From the NCBI GenBank assembly GCA_016928775.1, contig JAFGKD010000054.1, positions 1-64,000 of the forward strand: DNA of 64,000 nt, in the 5' to 3' direction. Position 1 is the first letter of the stretch. Each line of letters opens with the position of its first letter. A program made the position numbers and the translations under genes. Below are positions 29,066-38,863 of the stretch, piece by piece. The DNA comes from Candidatus Zhuqueibacterota bacterium (GTDB lineage Bacteria > Zhuqueibacterota > Zhuqueibacteria > Residuimicrobiales > Krinioviventaceae). The notes under the pieces are model-generated. The model was given only the letters and a program-made list of their open reading frames with translations, did no database searches and was not told the DNA's origin.

Positions 29066-29079
29066 TTGTTTGCGCTACG

Positions 29080-29568
29080 ATGAGAGGTGATCATAGTGTA
29101 AAGTCTTTGAAACGGATCCAAGCCGGGCGTATTCTTGGTATTGATTATGGCCGCAAGCGAATTGGCCTGGCGATAAGCGACCCATCGCAAACTTTGGCAG
29201 CGCGATTAAAAACCATTTTGAATGACATTAGAGAGCGAGTAATTGACGAAATCAAGACGATTGCTGCCGAAAAAGCTATCACTGCCATCGTCATCGGCCA
29301 ACCGTTACACATGAGTGGCGAAACAGGAGAAATGGCAAAAGATATCGAGGAATTCATACAACAGGTGGAACAAAAGATTGATGTTCCTATTTACATGTGG
29401 GATGAACGGCTGACGACAGTCAGCGCAGAAAAACTTTTGATTGAAACCGGGCGATCACCTTCAAAAAGCCGACGTGAGATAGATCAGCTTGCTGCCGCTT
29501 TTTTGCTGCAAAATTTTTTGGACAGATTGGCTAACGTAAAAAAAGAAAATGGACAGGTTAGCCCATAA
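29080..29568 (+). CDS. ruvX: Holliday junction resolvase-like protein RuvX/YqgF
   Basis: ILGIDYGRKRIGLAISD RNase H-like start. Confidence 0.8.
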   Translation: MRGDHSVKSLKRIQAGRILGIDYGRKRIGLAISDPSQTLAARLKTILNDIRERVIDEIKTIAAEKAITAIVIGQPLHMSGETGEMAKDIEEFIQQVEQKIDVPIYMWDERLTTVSAEKLLIETGRSPSKSRREIDQLAAAFLLQNFLDRLANVKKENGQVSP

Positions 29569-29608
29569 TTCATCCTCAAACCGATTACGAGTATGATATA
29601 AAATATAG

Positions 29609-31156
29609 ATGAAAAAAAATAGTGTTCTGTGTTTAATTACGGGGATCATAATAGCCCTGTCGCTACCGCCGTTTAGATTTGGCTTTCTCGGCTATGTTGC
29701 TTTGATCCCTTTCTTTTTGCTCCTTGAGAATAAAGCTATCGGAGAGGCGTTCCGCTGGGGGTATATTACCGGCTTTTGTATTGCGGTCACCTCTCTTTTT
29801 TGGATTGGCTGGGTTACCGTGCCGGGACTCTTTGGCGTGCTGCTTGTTTGGCCGCTCTTTATCGCTCTTTACGCTATTTTGCATGCTTTGCTGTTCAAAA
29901 TACATTCCCGGTTCGCCTACGTGCTTTTGCCCTTTGTCTGGACAATGGTTGAATATCTGCAATCACATACCGAGCTGGCATTCCCGTGGATTTATCTCGG
30001 CTACACACAATCCTATTTTCTCCCGCTCATTCAATATGCTGAAATCACTTCTATCTATGGGGTGAGTTTTTGGGTTGTTTTGATCAATGTTCTTTTTTAC
30101 CTCCTGTGGAGAAAGAGTCCCACGTTAAAACTAGCGATTGCACTCCTTGCCGCGATCCTGGTGCTTTTCCTCGTGCCATCTATCCACGGCATAATTGTTC
30201 TGAAGAATATAAAAAAGGGTGAGAGTCTGAAGATTTCGCTGATTCAAGGAAATCGCGATCCCAACGAAAAGTGGAACGGCGATATTCGAGAGAGCAATTT
30301 TGCCATCTATGCGCGAATGACGCGCCAGGTTCTCGACGATCAACCGGATTTGGTCGTCTGGCCGGAAACTGCCATGCCATTTTACCTGAGGTCAGAACGA
30401 GATTATCTGCAAAAAATCCATGAGCTCATTGATTCAACAAATACATATTTACTCACCGGCGCCATCGACTATGAATTCCTGGAAAACGGCAGTTATGAGC
30501 ATTTTAATTCGGCTATGATGATTGAGCCCCATTATTATACGATGCAACGATACGCCAAAATGAAACTGGTTCCTTTTTCGGAAAAAGTGCCTTATAAAAA
30601 CTATTTTCCATTTAACGTTTTAAAAGATTTGTTATGGGATTTAGGTCTCGGTGATTATGCACTGGGAGGTGAAATTGGTGTTTTGGAAGGACGGTTCAGA
30701 TCAACCATGAACGGGAGCGTTCATACGCCAAATAGCCAAGAATCCTATGATTATCAAACCGCTGTCGCTATTTGCTACGAGTCGGTGTTCCCCAATCATG
30801 TGCGACAATATGTAAACAAGGGAGCAGATTTTTTAATCATAATAACAAATGATGCCTGGTTTGGCAAAACATCCGGGCCATTCCAGCACGCGCAGATGGC
30901 CGTCTTTCGTGCCATCGAAAACCGTCGCGATATTGCACGCTGCGCTAATACGGGAATCTCGTGCTTTATCAGCAAATATGGTGCTGTGCGGCAAGCAACG
31001 CCATTATTTGAACCAGCGATGATTACAGATTCTGTCAAACTCAATGAAGAAAAAACATTCTATACACAGCATGGTGATGTGTTCGCAGTTTTTGTGACGT
31101 TTGTATCAATTCTGAGTCTCGTTATTGCATTGATTAAAAAAGTTGTGCTTTTATGA
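29609..31156 (+). CDS. lnt: Apolipoprotein N-acyltransferase
   Basis: A multi-TM N-terminus plus a CN-hydrolase domain. Confidence 0.85.
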   Translation: MKKNSVLCLITGIIIALSLPPFRFGFLGYVALIPFFLLLENKAIGEAFRWGYITGFCIAVTSLFWIGWVTVPGLFGVLLVWPLFIALYAILHALLFKIHSRFAYVLLPFVWTMVEYLQSHTELAFPWIYLGYTQSYFLPLIQYAEITSIYGVSFWVVLINVLFYLLWRKSPTLKLAIALLAAILVLFLVPSIHGIIVLKNIKKGESLKISLIQGNRDPNEKWNGDIRESNFAIYARMTRQVLDDQPDLVVWPETAMPFYLRSERDYLQKIHELIDSTNTYLLTGAIDYEFLENGSYEHFNSAMMIEPHYYTMQRYAKMKLVPFSEKVPYKNYFPFNVLKDLLWDLGLGDYALGGEIGVLEGRFRSTMNGSVHTPNSQESYDYQTAVAICYESVFPNHVRQYVNKGADFLIIITNDAWFGKTSGPFQHAQMAVFRAIENRRDIARCANTGISCFISKYGAVRQATPLFEPAMITDSVKLNEEKTFYTQHGDVFAVFVTFVSILSLVIALIKKVVLL

Positions 31157-32184
31157 TAAAGTTATTTTTCCAGATAATTGTTGTCTCACTCCTGCTCGTT
31201 CGTCTATCCGCGACAGCCGAGCCCAATTCGGAGACATTTGTTGTTGCCAGTTCAATTTATGCGCGCGGCATGGCCATGGGAGGTGCATTGACGGCAATGC
31301 CAGATCATCTGGAGAACATCCTTTACAATCCTGCGGCCATGGGACTTGAGACTGATTTTGACAGGAAAATCACTTTTTATTTTAATCCGATCGGTGGTGC
31401 GAGTGCTTTGCTTAACGCTTCCGAGCTGTCAAGTCGAACACCAAAAACAGCTTATGATTGGCTCAGTGCAGTTGGACTTTTTGCGCGCGCGTTGACATTT
31501 TCAACATCCGTCTTTCAACTTTCGGCTCTCTTTTCAGAGGAGTTGCTGAATAATCCTCAGCATCTGGCGGAAGATAAAATTGTATCGACTCGAGGACTGC
31601 TTGATTGGAACTATCATGCTGTGGCGGCCCGTCTTACGTTAGCTGAACAAGTTTCATTGGGTGCAACCGGTTATGCGTTTAATCTGATCAACGATAGTGG
31701 TGAATTAAAGCGAAGCTTCGGTTCGAGCTATGGCATTCTCATGCGACCCAGCAACAAGATTTCAGCAGGAGTGTCTTATTATTATTTTCCGGAGAAAGCA
31801 GATACGCTTTTGTTTGTGCAGCACCGGATAAGCAATAAATCTGTGAATATGGGCATCGTCTATCGTCCTTTTTCAAGTGCGAATTTAGCGGTTGATTTTC
31901 GCAATGTGTCAGAGGAAGATAATAATTCAACAAATGAAATTCATGCTGGTCTCGAAGTGATCCTCGCCAACTTTTTGGCGCTGCGTGGCGGCTATTTTTG
32001 CCAACCAGAGAAAAATAGCAATATCTTTTCGCTGGGTTTTGGATTGGCAGATTTCCGCCCATTTCGATCCGTATCAGATCGCTTTGTTTTTTCGAATATT
32101 ATACTAAATTATGGCCTCCAGGTTGAGCAGGCTAAACGTGATTTTTTTTATATCCACTATATGACTTTTCTGATACGATTATAG
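31153..32184 (+). CDS. Outer-membrane beta-barrel protein, FadL/PorV-like paralog
   Basis: A signal peptide and the motif SSIYARGMAMGGALTAMPDHLENILYNPAAMGL, analogous to the ORF at 20259. The start overlaps the lnt stop. Confidence 0.55.
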   Translation: MIKLFFQIIVVSLLLVRLSATAEPNSETFVVASSIYARGMAMGGALTAMPDHLENILYNPAAMGLETDFDRKITFYFNPIGGASALLNASELSSRTPKTAYDWLSAVGLFARALTFSTSVFQLSALFSEELLNNPQHLAEDKIVSTRGLLDWNYHAVAARLTLAEQVSLGATGYAFNLINDSGELKRSFGSSYGILMRPSNKISAGVSYYYFPEKADTLLFVQHRISNKSVNMGIVYRPFSSANLAVDFRNVSEEDNNSTNEIHAGLEVILANFLALRGGYFCQPEKNSNIFSLGFGLADFRPFRSVSDRFVFSNIILNYGLQVEQAKRDFFYIHYMTFLIRL

Positions 32185-32214
32185 GAACTTTTAATATTCG
32201 ATCTCGTTTAGAAC

Positions 32215-32826
32215 TTGGTAACTGTGAAAAAAACATTTGACATATGCAAAGTTATTCTTTTCTGCGCTATTCTTTACGCATGCGCTTGGTCGGAGACACA
32301 GACAAATCTGGAAGTGCTGGAACAACAATATTATGCGATTTTTTCTGAAATATTGTCTGAGATTTGTATCGCCGATTCTCAGTGCTTCGTCGAGCAACCG
32401 GAGAACGGAACGTCTTATGCGTGGCTTGTCAACAAACAACTTTACAAGGTTCTCAAAGAATCTGGCGTGCGACAAATATATACACAAAAGCAGAGTGATA
32501 ACTTTATGCACGTGACATATAAAACCGTCGCACAGATTATTTCATATGATAAAATAAACAACAAGCAACTCAAGCGCATCATAGATACTGAAATTTACCT
32601 ACACATTGCAGATGCACACAAAAGAGTTGTGACAAACGAGCACATAAAAAAGACCTATACGGATACAGTTCAAAAAAGTCAAATCCAAACGATTGAAAAC
32701 ATCCATTTTACCTTCACTAAAGGTGAACAGAAAAAATCGTGGTTTTCAGCTATTTATGAACCTCTTATTGTCACAACCGTCACCGGACTGATCATATTTT
32801 TATTTTATTCTTATCGAAGTCAATAA
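32215..32826 (+). CDS. Hypothetical lipoprotein with a C-terminal TM helix
   Basis: A signal peptide with an LYAC lipobox-like site. No recognizable domain. Confidence 0.5.
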   Translation: MVTVKKTFDICKVILFCAILYACAWSETQTNLEVLEQQYYAIFSEILSEICIADSQCFVEQPENGTSYAWLVNKQLYKVLKESGVRQIYTQKQSDNFMHVTYKTVAQIISYDKINNKQLKRIIDTEIYLHIADAHKRVVTNEHIKKTYTDTVQKSQIQTIENIHFTFTKGEQKKSWFSAIYEPLIVTTVTGLIIFLFYSYRSQ

Positions 32827-32841
32827 CGCACAGGTCTGTAC

Positions 32842-33639
32842 ATGCAAACATCACGAGTTAAATATATACTGATTTACCTTGCGATCATAATGATCACATT
32901 ATTTGCGTGTTCTCGCAGCAGGGTACGACCCAACGCCACGCTCGAGGAGCGCATGCGCGAGGGTATCCGCTTGTTTGAAAAGGGCAAATATTTTGATGCA
33001 AAAACTCAGTTTCGTATCATTACGCTTAGTCATAGCGGTAGCCTTGCAGCGGATACAGCGCAATTCTATTATGCCGAATGTCACTTTAATATGAAAGAGT
33101 ATATTTTGTCAGCCAGTGAGTATGAGCGGCTGATCAAAGTCTATCCCAATTCAGAGTTTGTTGACAACGCAAAATATAAACTTGGATTGAGCTATTTTAA
33201 GCTTTCTCCCAAATATAGCCTGGATCAAGAATACACTATCTTGGCCACAAGACATTTCCAGGAGTTTCTTGAAGATTACCATACCAGTGATCTTGTGGTA
33301 GAGGTTGAGACCTATCTGCTGCAAGCCAGAAATAAATTAGCCCAGAAAGTTTATGCGTCAGCAGAAATTTATCGCAAGATGTCCTATTTTGAGGCGGCCA
33401 ATATCTACTATAACAAAGTCATGGAAGAGTATTACGATACCGAGTTTGCGCCGAGAGCCCTATACTGGATTGGCGAATGTAATCGACGTCTGGATGACTA
33501 TCAAACGGCATTGGGCGCTTTCGATGATTTTTTGCAGCGATATCCCGAACACGAATGGATTCCGCGTGTCAGAAACAAGATAAAACAGACGACAAGGAAT
33601 TATGAAAAGTACCGTAGTTTGGTGCAAGGTCGTCAATAA
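32842..33639 (+). CDS. bamD: Outer membrane protein assembly factor BamD-like TPR lipoprotein
   Basis: A lipobox (LFAC) and TPR repeats with the BamD-like pattern. Confidence 0.7.
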   Translation: MQTSRVKYILIYLAIIMITLFACSRSRVRPNATLEERMREGIRLFEKGKYFDAKTQFRIITLSHSGSLAADTAQFYYAECHFNMKEYILSASEYERLIKVYPNSEFVDNAKYKLGLSYFKLSPKYSLDQEYTILATRHFQEFLEDYHTSDLVVEVETYLLQARNKLAQKVYASAEIYRKMSYFEAANIYYNKVMEEYYDTEFAPRALYWIGECNRRLDDYQTALGAFDDFLQRYPEHEWIPRVRNKIKQTTRNYEKYRSLVQGRQ

Positions 33640-33673
33640 AAAGCCTTGATCTTTCCAAAGGGAGTGCAACAAT

Positions 33674-34249
33674 TTGAAAATTGGCATCTATGGTGGAACG
33701 TTTGATCCGATTCATATTGCCCATCTCATCATAGCAGAGTATGCCTATTCCGATCTTTCTTTGGAGAAACTCTATTTTGTCCCGAGTTATACCCCTCCGC
33801 ACAAGCGGTCAAAATGCATTACATCGCATGTCCATCGCCTTAATATGCTGAAATTGGCTGTCGAAGAAAATAGTAAATTTGCTATTTCAGAGTTTGAGAT
33901 CAACAGGCAAGGACCGTCCTTCACTGTCGATACAGTGCAGTACTTTTCCGCTCAATATCATCTCACGCGAAGCGATATTTATGTGCTGATAGGCGCAGAT
34001 AATTTTAACGATTTTCACACGTGGAAGGAGCCGGAGAAAATCGTGAGTTTGGCGCAGATTGTCGTGGCTGGTCGCCCCAATGCCGGGATGCTCAACTCAA
34101 AAATTTGCGATTTTATATCATTGCATTCACCGCTGATCGATGTTTCAGCATCTATGATTCGGAAAAGGATTAACCAAAACAAAAGCGTGCGCTATCTGAT
34201 GCCGGAAAAAGTGCTGCAATACATTCATTTGCACAGCTTGTACATTTAG
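33674..34249 (+). CDS. nadD: Nicotinate-nucleotide adenylyltransferase
   Basis: GGTFDPIHIAHL. Confidence 0.85.
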   Translation: MKIGIYGGTFDPIHIAHLIIAEYAYSDLSLEKLYFVPSYTPPHKRSKCITSHVHRLNMLKLAVEENSKFAISEFEINRQGPSFTVDTVQYFSAQYHLTRSDIYVLIGADNFNDFHTWKEPEKIVSLAQIVVAGRPNAGMLNSKICDFISLHSPLIDVSASMIRKRINQNKSVRYLMPEKVLQYIHLHSLYI

Positions 34250-34275
34250 CAGAAATCATATTTTCCCGTTTAAAA

Positions 34276-34797
34276 ATGCAAAATTTGGAACTGAAAGCAA
34301 AATATCCTCATATAGAACGCGCATTTGAGCTGGCTGGGACAATTGGTGCTCAGCAGCACTGGACAAAGAAACAGATCGATTCTTATTTTTCGGTCCCCAA
34401 CGGTAAACTCAAATTGCGCCAGGTGGAAAATGAAAACGGAGAACTGATAGCCTATATTCGTCCCACAGATCAAAACGCAAAGGTGAGCGATTATTACATC
34501 TACAAGACGGCCACTCCGACCGTGCTCAAAAAGGTTTTATCGCACGTGCTTCCGTTTGATATCGATGTTGTAAAAGAAAGAACACTCTATACCTGGAAAA
34601 ATGTGCGCATTCATATTGATAATGTCCAGGGCCTCGGCGGTTTTCTTGAATTCGAAGTTGTGATGAATGAAGAAAAAGATGCGCTCTCGGCACAGGAGAA
34701 CCTGATTTTTCTGCAATCGCATTTTCAAATACAACCATCTTATCTCATCGACTGTGGATACTATGAATTGTTAAAGGGAGCAGTTACGCATGCTTAG
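34276..34797 (+). CDS. CYTH domain protein (class IV adenylate cyclase / triphosphate tunnel metalloenzyme-like)
   Basis: LEFEVV motif and the triphosphate-tunnel pattern of acidic and basic residues. Confidence 0.7.
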   Translation: MQNLELKAKYPHIERAFELAGTIGAQQHWTKKQIDSYFSVPNGKLKLRQVENENGELIAYIRPTDQNAKVSDYYIYKTATPTVLKKVLSHVLPFDIDVVKERTLYTWKNVRIHIDNVQGLGGFLEFEVVMNEEKDALSAQENLIFLQSHFQIQPSYLIDCGYYELLKGAVTHA

Positions 34798-34943
34798 GCA
34801 ACTCAAAGTTTTTCACAGCAACAGCAATATCAAAGTCAAGATCGAAGAAAATATTCGCACTTTGCAGATGCCATAAGCGCCATCCATAAAGGCGAATCCG
34901 TTGGCGCCTTGTTAGAAGAATATACAAATTAACTGGAGAGCAT

Positions 34944-36026
34944 ATGAGCACACTTCCCGATAATGTTGAAGTTTTTGTCCCAGGTCGCCTTTGTTTGTTT
35001 GGCGAGCACTCGGATTGGGCCGGAGGTTATCGGCGCATTGATTCAACAATCGCAAAAGGTTATTGCCTATTGGTCGGCACAAATCAAGGAATTTATGGCC
35101 GCGCCAGACGCCACGCGTCAAAGCTGATCATCACGTCAACCTTGCCCGACGGCTCAACCTTGGGACCGCATGAAATTGATATGGTGCCACAGGCGCTGTT
35201 AGAGGTGGCGGAAGAAGGGGGCTTTTATAGCTATACCGCCGGCGTTGCTTACCATGTCATGAACCATTACAATGTCAAAGGGCTCGAGATCAACAGCTAT
35301 AAAATGGACCTGCCGATTCGCAAGGGTTTATCTTCTTCTGCTGCGAATAATGTCATGGTGGCGCGCGCGTTCAATCAATTATACGATCTCAAGCTGACAA
35401 AGCGCGGCGAAATGGAAATCGCCTATCAAGGTGAAATTTTGACTCCCTCGCGCTGTGGACGAATGGATCAAGCGTGCGCTTACGGCAATACACCGGTTTT
35501 CCTCACCTTTGATGGCGAACGTATGGACGTCGAGGAAATTGAGGTCAAGCAGGATATCTATCTTGTCGTCGCCGATCTGAAAGCCGGCAAGAACACGCAA
35601 AAGATTTTAGCGGATTTGAATGCCTGCTATCCAAAAAGCGGTGGAAAAATTGGCGAAGATGTGCGCTACTATCTTGGCCCGGTCAACAAGGATATTTTAT
35701 CCCGCGCAAAAGCGGCTTTGAAAGAAAGCAATCCGCAAAAACTTGGCGCCCTCATGACAGAGTCGCAACGTTTTTTTGATCATTTTATGGCGCCGGCGTG
35801 CCCAACCGAACTGCTCTCTCCCGCACTGCACTTTGTTCTCTCCAGCCCCGAGATTAAAGATTTGGTTTATGGCGGCAAAGGTGTAGGTTCCCAGGGTGAC
35901 GGCTGTGTCCAGTTCGTTGCCAAAGGCGCCAAGGAACAAAAGAGGCTCATCGAGAAGCTCAAGGAGATGGATACCGAGCCCTATCCGCTGATCATCCGGA
36001 CGCATCACGAAAGTGACAAAGGTTAA
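34944..36026 (+). CDS. GHMP-family sugar kinase (galactokinase-like)
   Basis: PGRLCLFGEHSDWAGG N-terminal motif and the GHMP motif PIRKGLSSSAA. Confidence 0.75.
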   Translation: MSTLPDNVEVFVPGRLCLFGEHSDWAGGYRRIDSTIAKGYCLLVGTNQGIYGRARRHASKLIITSTLPDGSTLGPHEIDMVPQALLEVAEEGGFYSYTAGVAYHVMNHYNVKGLEINSYKMDLPIRKGLSSSAANNVMVARAFNQLYDLKLTKRGEMEIAYQGEILTPSRCGRMDQACAYGNTPVFLTFDGERMDVEEIEVKQDIYLVVADLKAGKNTQKILADLNACYPKSGGKIGEDVRYYLGPVNKDILSRAKAALKESNPQKLGALMTESQRFFDHFMAPACPTELLSPALHFVLSSPEIKDLVYGGKGVGSQGDGCVQFVAKGAKEQKRLIEKLKEMDTEPYPLIIRTHHESDKG

Positions 36027-36064
36027 GATATTATTTGTGAACATATAAATCTGTTGGAGGAGAA

Positions 36065-37288
36065 ATGCCGCAGTTAGCAGTTCGTGGTGGAACACCTGTT
36101 CGAACAACTCCCTTTCCGGTATGGCCGGTTTGGGGCGATGAAGAAATTGAAAACTTGACACGTGTCATCAAAAGTGGCAAATGGGGCTGCCTGCATGGAT
36201 CCGTTTCAGGCGATTTTGAGCGAAAGTATGCCGAGTATCATCAAGCAAAGCACGCTATTCTGGTGAACAGCGGCACAACCGCTCTGCGGATTGCCTTGAC
36301 AGCCGCAGATATCGATATCGGCGATAAAGTCCTGGTGCCCGCATATACTTTTATTGCCTCTGCCTCGGCGGTCATCGAAGCCGGTGCGATTCCGGTGTTT
36401 GTTGATATTGATCCTTCTACGTATAACATCGATGTTCAAAACGCTGAACAGCATATCACGGATAAAACCCGAGGTATCATGCCGGTACATTTCGCCGGGC
36501 GTCCGGCAGATATGGACGCCGTGCTGACCCTGGCGCAAAAGTATAACTTGATTATCATTGAAGACGCCGCGCAAGCCTGGGGCTCGTCGTGGAGAGGACG
36601 GCCGGTGGGCGCTATGGGCGCCGCCGGATGCTTTAGTTTCCAGTCGTCCAAAAATATTAATGCCGGCGAAGGAGGTATCATTCTCACCAATGATGATCTG
36701 GTCGCCAAGATGGCGCGCGCGCACTCGAATTGCGGCCGCAGTGAAGATGGCCAGTGGTATGAGCATTTTTATTTTGGCGGCAATTCACGCATCACCGAGC
36801 TGCAGGCTGCCGTGTTAATGGCTCAGTTTGAGCGTTATCCTGAACTCATGACAATTCGCCAGGATAATTTAAATATGCTCAATCAGGAATTGGCGAAAAT
36901 CGACGGCATCGAGGTGATGGCGAAAGATGATCGGATAACGAGACAATCTGCGCATCTATTCATTTTTCGATATAAAAAACAAGCCTTTGCCCACAAAAGC
37001 AAAGCGCACTTTATTGACGCGTTGCGCAAGGAGGGTATACCCGCCAGCCCCGGCTATTCACTGCCTTTATACAAACAGCCGGTGTTTTTGAAAAAGGCAT
37101 TTGGCCCTCGCGGTCGAAGCGTTGATCTGCCAGTAGATTACGAATCGGTTGTTTGTCCTGAAAGCGAAAAGGCGTGTTTCGAGGAAGCAGTGTGGTTCAC
37201 GCAAAATGTACTTCTCGGCACCGAGGACGATATGGCTGATATTGTGAGAGCAATTCAGAAGATTAAAGAAAATGCTGAGGAGCTTTAG
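36065..37288 (+). CDS. DegT/DnrJ/EryC1/StrS family PLP-dependent sugar aminotransferase
   Basis: NSGTTALRIAL...FSFQSSKNINAGEGG. Confidence 0.85.
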   Translation: MPQLAVRGGTPVRTTPFPVWPVWGDEEIENLTRVIKSGKWGCLHGSVSGDFERKYAEYHQAKHAILVNSGTTALRIALTAADIDIGDKVLVPAYTFIASASAVIEAGAIPVFVDIDPSTYNIDVQNAEQHITDKTRGIMPVHFAGRPADMDAVLTLAQKYNLIIIEDAAQAWGSSWRGRPVGAMGAAGCFSFQSSKNINAGEGGIILTNDDLVAKMARAHSNCGRSEDGQWYEHFYFGGNSRITELQAAVLMAQFERYPELMTIRQDNLNMLNQELAKIDGIEVMAKDDRITRQSAHLFIFRYKKQAFAHKSKAHFIDALRKEGIPASPGYSLPLYKQPVFLKKAFGPRGRSVDLPVDYESVVCPESEKACFEEAVWFTQNVLLGTEDDMADIVRAIQKIKENAEEL

Positions 37289-37307
37289 CGACACACATCA
37301 ACTGGTA

Positions 37308-38798
37308 TCAAACGCGATCATATTTTTTTGTCAACTCGGCCAGTTGATTCAGCTCGTTCGCTCCCAGTTGATTCATTTTCAGGCGCCATTCCCAGTTATC
37401 AAATCGCGTTCCGGGCGTATTCATGCGCGCCGAGCCATCCAATTGCAGAATATCCTGCGCCGGAATAATCGCAACATGCGCACGCGAGGATAATGCCAGT
37501 TCAATCAAATTCCAAATGACATTCTCAGCCGTAATATCCTTTTTGAAATAGGCACCAAGATTCCATTTTTCAGTTTCCGAAGCGTTTTTCTGATACCAGG
37601 CCAGCGTTGTATTATTATCATGTGTGCCGGTATATACAATGCAATTTTCCGGATAGTGATGCGGCAGGTAAGAATTGGTTTCAAGATCATCAAAGGCAAA
37701 TTGAAGTACTTTCATACCCGGAAGCTGGTAACGCTGCATGGCTTCTTTCACGTCATCTGTGATCAAGCCTAAATCCTCAGCAATGACATTAAAATTCAAA
37801 GTTTTTTGTAATGCCGCCATGAGTTCAGTTGTCGGTACAGGTACCCATTCACCATTGATGGCTGTATTTTCTTCAGCGGGAATCTCCCAATACGCGACCA
37901 GACCGCGAAAATGATCGATGCGCACAATATCGAACAGGCGCAAATTACGTGATAGCCGGGCAATCCACCAGGAAAAGTGATCCTGCTGTAATTTTGGCCA
38001 GTTGTAGATCGGATTGCCCCAACGCTGACCGGTGGCACTGAAATAATCTGGTGGCACTCCGGCGACAACATAAGGCTGCTTGTGTTCGTCCAGCTTGAAA
38101 TAGTCCGGATTGCACCACACATCCGCGCTGCCATATTCAACATAAATTGGAAGATCGCCAATGATTTGAATATCTTTTTCCACACAATATTTTTTCAAGT
38201 GGTGCCATTGTTTTTGCACCAGATATTGCTGAAATTGAACAAAGAGGATATCGTCCGCTAATTCTTTGGCTTTTGTTGCTAATGCTGCCGGTTCACGGTC
38301 TCGCAGTTCAGCCGGCCATTCATGCCAATTTACCCCCGCATGCGCCTCTTTCAGCGCCATGAACAAGCTATAGTCTTCCAGCCAACCAGCCTGTTCCTGC
38401 AAAAAGGTTTCAAATTGCTGATCCCGGCTGCGCTCCCAACGAAAAAATGCTTTCTGCAAAAGCTGCGTCTTGTAGGTTGTGACAGTCGTAAAATCGACTT
38501 TGTCCGCCGGAAATGCCGGTAGCGTGGCGATCTCCGTCCGATCAAGCAAACCATCGTGCATCAGCAGCTCCGGGCTGACGAGAAGTGGATTCAGTGCAAA
38601 GGCACTGACGCTCAAATAAGGTGAATTGCCGTAAATCGCAGCAGTCGGATTGAGTGGCAGGATTTGCCAGTATTTTTGCTGCGCTTTTTTTAGCTGGTCA
38701 ACGAATTGAAATGCTGCTGGTCCAAGATCGCCGATGCCAAAAGGGGACGGGAGGGAAGAAATATGTAAAAGAATGCCGCTGCCGCGTTTAAGATACAT
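37308..38798 (-). CDS. malQ: 4-alpha-glucanotransferase (amylomaltase, GH77)
   Basis: GILLHISSLPSPFGIGDLG N-terminus. Confidence 0.85.
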   Translation of the reverse strand: MYLKRGSGILLHISSLPSPFGIGDLGPAAFQFVDQLKKAQQKYWQILPLNPTAAIYGNSPYLSVSAFALNPLLVSPELLMHDGLLDRTEIATLPAFPADKVDFTTVTTYKTQLLQKAFFRWERSRDQQFETFLQEQAGWLEDYSLFMALKEAHAGVNWHEWPAELRDREPAALATKAKELADDILFVQFQQYLVQKQWHHLKKYCVEKDIQIIGDLPIYVEYGSADVWCNPDYFKLDEHKQPYVVAGVPPDYFSATGQRWGNPIYNWPKLQQDHFSWWIARLSRNLRLFDIVRIDHFRGLVAYWEIPAEENTAINGEWVPVPTTELMAALQKTLNFNVIAEDLGLITDDVKEAMQRYQLPGMKVLQFAFDDLETNSYLPHHYPENCIVYTGTHDNNTTLAWYQKNASETEKWNLGAYFKKDITAENVIWNLIELALSSRAHVAIIPAQDILQLDGSARMNTPGTRFDNWEWRLKMNQLGANELNQLAELTKKYDRV

Positions 38799-38863
38799 GG
38801 AGCTCCTTTATCACAGTTCTATATCAGTTGACCAAAATAGCGAATTTAACGGAATTAATCAAG

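Noticed and set aside
34790-34876. 28-codon ORF overlapping the CYTH stop
   Set aside because: It has no SD, overlaps a confident gene in another frame, and has low complexity.
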